Assembly: GCA_003344405.1 (NCBI GenBank)
Contig: NOWV01000164.1
Location: 124,001-177,934 of the forward strand
Origin: Trichoplax sp. H2
Taxonomy: Eukaryota
Direction of reading: 5' to 3'
Length of the DNA: 53,934 nucleotides
The translations under genes and the position numbers were made by a program. The notes under the pieces are model-generated. The model worked only from the letters and a program-made list of their open reading frames with translations, was not told where the DNA came from and did no database searches. Shown one piece after another: positions 29,301 to 39,598 of the stretch; the first letter of the stretch is position 1; each line of letters starts with the position of its first letter.

Positions 29301-30493
29301 TTTCGATTTAGTAACTATCCGGTAGGTTTATACACTCAAAATTATTTTATGGAGATTTTTTGCAACGATAATGCAAATATTACAAATTTATTAAAAGTAA
29401 CTTCTAATTTGTTTTCGAAGAAATAATTCAAATGAGTAAAAATAATTGCACAAAATGGCTATTATCTACTTAACAATATTACCGAATTTATAGTCTTTAA
29501 AAAGATGCTTATTATGGGAATATGGATGCTTTGGCGATGAATTTGAAGGTTTAGAAGAGGTAATATTGTTGTATTTTATTTTTAAAGTCAAGTTTTAGAC
29601 TTTAAAGGTAGCAAATTAACTCAATCTTATAATTAATATTCCATGTTAAATTTATCTACTGCAGCCTATTTTTCATTGCCTTGAGCTCTTTAGCTTATAT
29701 TTATTGCTGCAGAGCAGATTTGTTCTATACAAAACGCCAACTTGGGATGCAACAAAGTAGGTCATTCCTATTGTAGTAAGCTATAAAAGTATTTTTAAGT
29801 GATTTTCAATAAATAAACAAAACGTACGCAATAAAAGCTAAAACAGCATTTTACTTTAAAATAATGATAACATAGTTGAATAATAGCGTTAAAGATTTTT
29901 CCTTTTTACATCAGTATTTAGTCATGTATTAATTAAAGTTTATACGATCACATGTAATAATTTACTGAAATACTCCTCTAATCTTTCCATTTGATAATTT
30001 TATAGAATTCGACGTCATGGTTGCCCGGATGAAGAAATATACATTAAAACATTTCAATTTATAGCCGTTGTAAATATCTAAATTCAAAATTTTATGATGC
30101 ATGCGTGTACTTGTATTAATAGTGTTTAAAATATCTTATGAAATTTCTTTATGGATTTAGAATAAGATCATCCCCGTTCGTGACGTAGCGGATGCTCGGT
30201 CGTTGCTTTTTTCTGCTGGAAATCAATATTACGTTATTAAAACAACAACTACAATCACTCGCTTCCGAGATGGCAAACCAGTCGTGGAAGTTAATGAAGA
30301 ATACAAATCTGGACAAGGTAAAGACGGGATGTCAGAATTAAAATCTGTTTTAAAAGCCAATGATATTAATGAATCAGTGATACATACCGTCAATCATAGC
30401 ACTACTTCCAATCTTGGTAGTGCCCAAAAAAATGTAATTATTCGGAAAAGATCACGTAAACAACAGCAAAAGTCGACTGAAAAAAACGATTAG
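26397..30493 (+). CDS. Divergent CYP74-clan P450-fold protein, paralog C (~559 aa); lacks heme-ligand Cys and I-helix Asn; long C-terminal extension
   Basis: Exons 26397-26507, 26946-27074, 27339-27549, 27634-27769, 28035-28196 (GC donor), 28330-28510, 28623-28669, 29174-29321, 29494-29559, 29665-29756, 30006-30069, 30161-30493 join in frame with no stops. It retains TIPG, SIFRVNLG, EVIRTSP and NRDPKWFDNPDEFQPFRF. The I-helix reads INILYIMIAKLFRT and the heme loop reads WEYGCFGDEFEGLEE. Confidence 0.88.
26646..26764. repeat. ~45-bp direct repeat (period ~75 bp) in intron 1 of paralog C
   Basis: TGTACTTT(T)AATCCCrTCCATyGATGACAGCGTGCTTTAAAATCT occurs at 26646 and 26721. Confidence 0.88.
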
Positions 30494-33400
30494 TTTACAT
30501 TGGTATCCTATTTTTTAATTTGATGTATAATCACAAGTGCAACAGTATATTTCGATGTATAATTAAGCTAGCTTATTCTCTATAACTTTATTAAAAGAAT
30601 ATTGAATTCATGTCATCATCATTATATTGAGTTCATAAGCTGTCATTCGCGCATTTTATTTATTGCATAGGGTAACTTGCAGGTATCATTAGATTAATTT
30701 TATTTTTAATAAAATGACAGTTGCTTAATGTATTTTATTACAAGTTAAAACTTTTTCCGGATAAAGAGTTTCCAATAAATTGGTATACTTATTAAGTTAT
30801 TGGTTCGGATAACAGCATAAGGTTAATAATTTGCTTCCAATAGCTAAAATGATCGTAGAATTTATACTTAATCAATTTCTGTGTTAAAGATTTATAGTTT
30901 TAAGAAATATAAATTGTCGCTTTCTAATAAATTGAATATTTAACATAACATGACTATTTTCGATATTTTTATACTTAATTTGCTGTCCATGTAGTGTATA
31001 TATAAGTGCAAAAACATACATATCCAACAACGTACATTTGTTACACGTAACCAATTACTTATGTATTATATACTTCTAAGGTTAAATCGGGAAATTTTGA
31101 AATTATCTTTAATTTTTAGATCATCATATGATGCACTATATTGAACATCTTCTTACATTCCTTACATACCAAACCTTTCAGACAGTACTTACTTCAAAAT
31201 GTGTATGTTATTTTGCCCTTACATTTTATATGCTATGCATGGGAATTCGAATACGTACTTTTACGAGTCGCATGCTAAGAAATTTAGGTTGATCAGATGG
31301 TGATGTAATACTTTTAGTTTACTATTTCTACAATAGTCATCTTGTAGGAATATGTCCCATCAAAGGTATAGTTTCTTGCATAAACCTTGTTTACTAGCTA
31401 TCTAAATCTCTAATAGTAATGATTAATAGATACCCAAACTTTTATGGGAAATATAAACAGTATATTGTTGGTTTCAGCGATTATAACCTGTTTAAGCTGC
31501 CTATCCAAACCGTCCTAAGAATTTATTTTACAATAAAATATCACACTAATTTATCGAAATTCTCCTTTGAAGAACATTACCAAGCTCATGAACGGCTGCT
31601 AAAGGTTTGATAAACAAAGTCAGACAAATTGTATCACTTATAGCAAACCTAATCTGTACCTGATTTCCCATAAAGCAGGTTATGATGATGACATCGATTT
31701 CGTTTTTCTTCGGTGCAAATTAGAAGAAAATAAATTCAAACGATGTTATTTGTACATAAGTTTTCGATTTCTTGGGACTCTTTCAATACAGATACTTTAA
31801 CTGTAAACAAGTACAAAATTTATTTTTCAGTTCTATTTTGACATTTGCTTTGTATAGTACAGCCTAGAGAAATTGTGCTCATAAGCCAACTTTGTCAATT
31901 GAGTGTACGCGTATGTAAAAAAGTAACCGGTTAATTCTGGTGCTTTCCTAAGAGTACAGTATTATCTTATATGATAACAACGGATGACCTGTCTTCATAA
32001 TAATTCCTTTCGTATGGTTGATTTAGTAAACAAGAATCAATAGGATATTTCGTATCCCACCGAGTATTTCTTACAGCACATTGTCTTCATTGATGTATTA
32101 AAGAATAAAGTAGAAACAGTTGTGATTGGTACAAAATAGCAATCATGATTTGATGTAGCTTTTTTTGAAGAAGGTAAGAAAAATTACAATGTAAGAGTAG
32201 CATAAAAATTACTAATGAAAGAACTTTCGCGATGATAAACTTATTAAATCATCAAATCATTGTAAAAGCTCTTTCATTAGCAATTTTCATGTTATCCTGT
32301 CTCTTGGCCAACTTTCTGCACTTAAAACTACCATCCCTAAGAACAAAACTCATTCAATGTAGCAATTAAATTTTAATTTTCTTTTATCTGTATAAGATCT
32401 CTCTATAAAGTTTATTAGGTATATTAATATTGTCACCAGCTGTAATATCAGGGCGTTAATTATGAATTAGTTTATATCTTAAAAGAACTATAATCTCTAA
32501 ATTACCGTTCTTCATAAAAAATCTTCCATCTTAAGGATTATCTAGAAAGAAGTGAAAAAGGCGAGCAGTAACAGACTCTATTTCTATTTTTCATGTCTTA
32601 ATACAATGATCTTCATAGATAAGTACATTAAACGTATTATTCACATATCGTTAAAATTTTTAATAATAATAATGGTGTAGTATTGAAAATAAGTAAATTT
32701 ATATATTTTAGAATAGATTGTAGTTAATTGATTCATCCCGCGTAAAGACTTCCGGAAGTATTTATCATCTTTACATCTAAGGAGCGAAATTTTCCATTTG
32801 TTCATAATTCTACATGATCATAGATTACTTATATTTATTAAATAAATTCTAACAGTATGATTTTGATACTCAGCAAATTTATATTTTGAAACGGGCTCTT
32901 TTTCACCTATCTGTAACAAAATCCTTCATACTTAGTAGCTATTACCCCTAAAGATCGAAAATGACTAACATTATTGCGTGAAGATAATGGTACAATGATA
33001 GCTATTTTAACAGAGAAAGAACTTGTTTAAATACGAAGGTTAAGTTTAAGGTTAAAAGTAGACAACAGCATTTGACAGTGATAGAATGGTTTCATAAAAT
33101 GATGGTTCCCAAAAGCAAAGGTGATTTCAAGCGGGCACTAGTAGCTTAACTAATTTTACATGTACACAATTGTATGCAGATATAGATATTTATATAACAA
33201 GAGAAGAGAGAGAAGGAGACAATAGAAATAAAATTATGAATGGCGCAGTTCTTAGGTCACGACTTCCAGCTGAATTGCATTATAATTATAATAACCACCT
33301 GTAGATTTTCAAGCATAGCAAGCGTATTTTTTATACCAGTTTATATTAGGACCCCCTAAATATGACGTGTAAATTGTATTCGAGGGTGTTATTACGCAAA

Positions 33401-34230
33401 CTATTACGTTTATTTAATACGAAGATCACCGTATTTTACTATTCGTCGAATATCGAAATAGTTTACTTTGTGTAAATCCACATATACTTCTCCATATTTC
33501 GAGAAAATCAACAAAATTTATAAACTAGGTACTATTAATAGCTTTAAATATAAGTATTAATATTCTATATATTTAATCTAACATTAATTGCTTAATATCT
33601 TAAAATTGAATTAACTAAAATAGTTAATCTTCAATTATACGAGTATTTTGCTTTCTGTGTTACGTTTTTAACTGTTTGATGATAAAATAGCAAATGATGT
33701 TTATGGATACGGGCGTACGTAAATAGTTAAATCAGATTAAAATACGTTATTACATTAAATTACGTATTCATGTTGTTTTAGAATAGTCTTTTCAACTTAA
33801 TGTTACTTCCATTTTATTCTGACGTTAATGAGAAATATTTGAAGCTTAGTAATATAAGCAAACAAATAATTATATAATCATCAATGATTTTTCAGTAATA
33901 TTTTTCTTTTCTTTTTTGTTTACTTCTTACCTTTTAATAACAATACGACAACAGTATAGCGTAAATACATCGCTAAGAACACAGAAAAAGTAATTGAAGT
34001 AAAATTTTTAAGTATAATATTAAATAAAGGTTACCCACTTTTACAGTAAAATTAACCGGAAATTCAATATTGCAGTAAAACAGAATCTTTTGACTTTAGT
34101 CACTAATCCAGTCAAATATCAATTAAAGATATTTTATATTGTCGTCTTACTAGTTTTGACTATGATATTAAATAAAGGAATTTGTTATCAGCTGATAATT
34201 GGATAGCTAAAAGTGAAAAAAATCAATGAT

Positions 34231-37200
34231 ATGGAAGTTCTTTCGCGAAAGTTGCACCGGAGAAGGAGGTCTAGCCGAGAAGATACTATTCAATCGATTC
34301 CTGGATCACATGGACATAAATTTATCAGTTCCTTTAAATTACAACAGGTAAACGGAACTAAATCGGCCTAAATATTTCATATGTGCATATATACTATTTT
34401 ATGGGAAAACTACTAACAGGAAGTATTACAATCCGTCATAAACGGTAGTATTACGAAAATAGGTCAATTATGAAGTATTTTTTAAATTTATGTGCCTATT
34501 TATAATGTTAAATTGTTTTATTACGATATACTTGTACAGTAACACTGTTGCATTGTAATAATCCAAGGAGATTTTAGTATTATTACGGTTAATTATAATT
34601 TTTTGTTAGTGTAACGATTGACTGATTGACTTTTAAGTGAATGACGCAAAGTGTTAAGATAGGCGATTATGATTGAAGTTAATTTGGAAATTATATATAA
34701 TTAATTCGGGTGTTAAATTTTCGCCACAGTTGATTGATACAATCTCCAGTGATATTATGTTTTACTAATTGCTACATTTACTGTACCTGTTTTATTTAAT
34801 AAATGGTAATAAATTAGTCACATCCAATCCCGCTTAGGCACTTTGCAATTTTAATGTTTTCTTAACGAAATTGTAGCCTTAGCAAATATAGTTTGTATAT
34901 CGGTGCATTGTATAACGATAAAGTTAATATTTATTATTTTACGTGTGTAGTATTGTATAAGTTAGAAATACGTTTCTTCATTAATCTTATCTCAGTTAAG
35001 GTGCTAGCAAGTGCTGTCTATAAATTTAGAAACATTTAGAAACCTAACTTCGCGCTTATTTTACAGCAAGGAAATTTATATTTCAAGACGTTACAACAAA
35101 AATATCAACAAAATGTTTTTCGAATCAATATTGGCGTTCGAGCTATTGCTTTAGTCGATAATCGTGTTATACGTATATTATTTCAAAATGATAAGGTTTG
35201 TATTATTTTTTATTTCAAATGTGATCAAGAGTGACAGCTAGCAGTAATTTTGCACTCCGTATTTACAATAGTAAGAATTTTAATCTAAATCATTAACTAC
35301 TATGGTATAAGAGATGCATGTTATCGATCATAGTGATCAAATAAGTCAGCTTTTACGTAGATTGCTAATCCGTATGGAAATAAAATATTTAATTCAATCC
35401 TGTAATTGTTAGGTAACGAAAGAGGACGGCGTGGGAAACTATATCACCAATTATAATCTTATGGATAGTTTGCGTCCTTCCATATTTTCAGACCAAAAAG
35501 ATCGTATGAGTAGAAATTCATTTATTTTGCAAACTTTGGCTGCCATGCAAGATAAATATATCATTCAGCAAACCTATAATAGCATTGAAGATCATTTCCA
35601 ACGATGGAACAAAACTTATCAGCGTTAGTCTATTTTCCTATGAATATGATAGCTGTTTACTTACGTGAACTCATAAGTAAAGCTCAAAATTTAAAATACA
35701 CATATACAGGAAATTTTTATTCTAGGGCTTGTCTCATTAGAAATCTAATCTAACTATGTTTGCTATCTCATATTGGATTTATTACAGCAACTGCTTCAAA
35801 ATCGATACAACCATCATGGGATGATGGAATCCAACATTTATGTTGTGATATAATTTGTCGATTATTTATCGATAAGACCGTTAATTTTGAGTCAATCTTT
35901 CAATGGTATGTGCAAGCGTTGCAGAAGATAAAGTAAGAAATAGCATATTCACATAATCTCGTACTTACTTATAAATTCGCATCTTATCAGGGTATTAATA
36001 GAGGAGGATAATTTAGAAAGCTTTTCATAATTAGTTTAATCTTATTAGCACAATACATCATGATTTTTTCCATTAATATGATAGAGTGCCTGGATTGTTA
36101 AAGCAAAGACAATGTGCCGATATTTATAATACCTATATCGAGCTTTTCAAGGAAATTGAGAATTCTACTTATTTGCCGTATTATTTAAATACTGGTCGTC
36201 AATGTTCCTTGTCCGATGAATATGCCAAAGAAAATGTTCTGTTTGGTATCATGTGAGTACTTAATTAGGAGAGATAGAACTGAGATATTCTTAATCTATC
36301 TATTTTAGAACTGCTGTTAAAAATTATTGAGATATCAGTAGGAAAAAATCGGTTGTAGTTTAGTTAAGATCATTTTGTTTCGTGTTACACTTACGTAACG
36401 TCCTATGCTCAACAGGAGCGTAATTTAGAAGTCGTAATAAATGATGATGTATATCCATCAATACAGTTTTATACCATAATCGTAAAAGAGTAAGTTTAAA
36501 TATAGTGGTCCTCATTACATATCTAAATATTGCATATTATAAATAGCTGATATCAATATAATTCATCAAGTTTTTCAGAACTTCGCTAGAGACGATATTT
36601 TTTAATTCTTAGAATCACTTTAAATTAACAAGAATAAATGTAATTCTAGTTGCTATTGTAGTCAAAGGTTTCCTATTATTACATTGAACTATCAGCTTTT
36701 TCGATAGCCGTACAATATTAGGGATCTGTACTAGTCCTAGAATCAATATAGATTAAAATAATATTGAATAAAATTATGATTGTCGAAGTAATAGCAATAT
36801 TCCTTATCATATCACTATATATTAGCTTTAACGCATTTGGTAGCTGTGAAGCAATTATGAGAACTTGCGCAGCACGAATTGGTATATTAAGCCATGAAGA
36901 TCGAAATCAATTACGTCAAGAAATACAAAGTACATTAGGTGAAGGCAATGATCTTTCTCTAGCAGCACTAACCAAAATGAAACGATTGAGATCGTTTGTT
37001 GCCGAGGTTCGAAAAATGGCAGTATTTCTTGATTAATTTTTAAAGATCTTTATTTTAACTTTATACCGTCTATTACTTTGACGCTAGGTTCTTCGTACTT
37101 CTTCTCCTATTTCATTAATATTCCGTCGAGCAAAGTAAGCCTGAAGCTTATATTAATCATAAAGTAGATCGAAATAATATCTTACTAATATCAATCCTTG

Positions 37201-38409
37201 GACTTACTGTAATCCTACAGTGTAGTGTACTGCTATAGTACGATAGATCGATAACTTACGATCTTTATCTGATCTGAAAAGGGATCAAACATATTTTATA
37301 ACCAAATTTGGTTGAATTCCAACTATGATCTATTTATAGTTGCGTGATCTTGAGTTGATTATAAATAAATATAAATTAATTTTAAAACGAAGCCCTGATT
37401 CTCTTTCATGTTAACGTTCAAATAAAATATTCTTTTTCATTTATCATACCTATTGTAGACAAGATATGTTTATTCAAGCTTATACAGGGACTTATAAGAT
37501 TTCAAAAGGACATTTACTTGTTGGCAATATCCATTTAGCTCATAGGGACCCAAATGTATTTCCAGAACCAGATACATTTAAGCCTTTCCGATTCTATGAC
37601 GATCCAGTAAGAAGTTTTAAATATGCTGTACAACCATAAATATAGATTGCTCGTAAATTGAAATTTCTATGAATTTCATTTTTTATTATTCTTAATGAAT
37701 GTAATGCACATAAATATTTGTAGGAATTGATACGGCATATGATTTGGGAAGCTGGAGTATATCCAGATGAAGCCAAAAACTTAAGTCATCAGTGTCCAGG
37801 AAAGGTATTCATTAAATATGACTTTAATTTAAAATAGAGGCTCCTGATATTAAGATCTATTTGTTACTCGTATATTAATTATTTTACTCTGAATTTACTT
37901 ATATTTGCTATTATAGAAAATGATGATGATTCTTCTTCAGCTCTTTTGCATGAAATTATTGATACATACAGAGTTTCAGTTTGATGTAACGCCGGACTGG
38001 AATGAAAAACAGTAAGTTTTAGTGATTGCTAAATGCTTAGTAATAATATTGATTATGCCTGTCAGGATAGTGTAAAATGATAAAATGTATAGGTATATAA
38101 ATTGATTATCCAGGGTATTGGTAGTCTGTATTGCCATAACAGTATTAAAAATGAAGCAAATCTAATTTTATACTATTTACCTTATAAGCTTACATAGCCT
38201 TGGCTGCCCTGATGGTTGTTTAACTCTAAATCAATTTTCATATGATCCAGCTATGGTAAGGACTATGTAATTAATGCTAAATAAAATTCATGTTTGAATA
38301 AATATCAGGAAATAGAATAATTAATCAGATATCTCACTGCTAGTTCAAGATCAAGCTATCGGATGATATTTGCAATTCGCATTCACCGTTTCTTCACTGC
38401 GAAGATTAA
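34231..38409 (+). CDS. CYP74-clan cytochrome P450, paralog D (~484 aa)
   Basis: Exons 34231-34347, 35067-35195, 35413-35623, 35788-35932, 36085-36252, 36826-37006, 37088-37134, 37459-37606, 37724-37804, 37917-38011, 38189-38255, 38344-38409 join in frame. Motifs: SIPGSHG, KYQQNVFRINIG, ENVLFGIIFNAFGS, EVLRTSSP, HRDPNVFPEPDTFKPFRF, WEAGVYPDEAKNLSHQCPGK (Cys codon 37793-37795). The last exon is less certain. Confidence 0.92.
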
Positions 38410-39598
38410 ATATGGATTATATAGACCATCATCAGAATACTAGATAATTGACGTGTTGACTACATCTTGTGTCTCTATGTACTAGCCCAAATTTTACTTA
38501 TCTGACGATGTTCATAATTAGAATTCACCATTTTCAATTACAGCGATTAAATATAGACAGTAAATATTGGCTATTGTAACGAGTAGCGCATAAAGCTTGA
38601 TAATTCCATTATAGCATAGCTTTTCATGGTTGTATTTATGATATTATTTATTAGATAGTATAAGAACCAAATTTGTTCATTACAAGAATGAATGGATTTC
38701 TGTCATGACATTGGTATATTTTAGCGTAATTCTTTTATGACAATATCATTTAAAGTTAATTTCTAAAGTATTTAGTTTATGGAAATGCTTGCTAAAACGA
38801 CGAGCCATGAATTGCGTTTGATGAACTCAGGTGAATACCTATTCACTATTCAAGTACGAGCACATAGCCGAATAACTTAAATTGTTAGTGTAACGAGCAT
38901 CGAACAAGAAATTTACTGCGGTCACAATCGATGTTAACTCTACACAGAACTACAGTATGTAGTTATGGTAAAGAAATAATTTTTAAGTCCATTGCATTGG
39001 TAAGCATCTGATGTATGCGAGTATGAGACTTCAAATTTGAAGTCATATCATGTACTTTGAAGGTAAAATTTGTTCACGTTATACGTGTGGTTACAATATT
39101 TTAGAACCAATATTTCATTGAGTATATTGCCGTAAATTTTTCGGGCTTTATTAATTTACAGTAAACTATTTCAGACACCTGTTTGGAGAAGGTCGATCTT
39201 AAACCATGTTTATAAAGATACTAAATAATAATGATTTATAATTACAATAGAGTGATTTTTAGATCATTGACAGTATGCCAATATTGAAAGTTACATGTAA
39301 CAAGAAATTAGCAATAAAGGGTACAAAGACTAGTTAAAAAGAGTGTAGGAAATTAATGCCTGTTCAGAACTTAAATAGAGCAGTCAGATTATCACCTTTG
39401 AAATAAATTACATTTGAGATTCTCTGTTTTAAGTCCTGTATTCCTAATAGAAAATTAACCAATTTTATATGCAATATGTACAACAGAAAAAGCTGATACT
39501 AAATGGCAATAACAAATTATAGCTAATTCCGAGTAACATTGTTCAGCGTAAAAGATAGTTGTAATATTGTGTTCATAGTAAGTCCTAATACTAAAGTA

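Noticed and set aside
26397-30493. Calling paralog C a pseudogene
   Set aside because: There are no stops or frameshifts over 12 exons, the indels are in-frame, and the splice sites and structural motifs are preserved.
3676-38409. Plant contamination or recent horizontal transfer of the CYP74 genes
   Set aside because: The genes have 10-11 host-style introns, match the local base composition and are contiguous with animal-like XAB2 and MED27. CYP74-clan genes are already known from basal animals.
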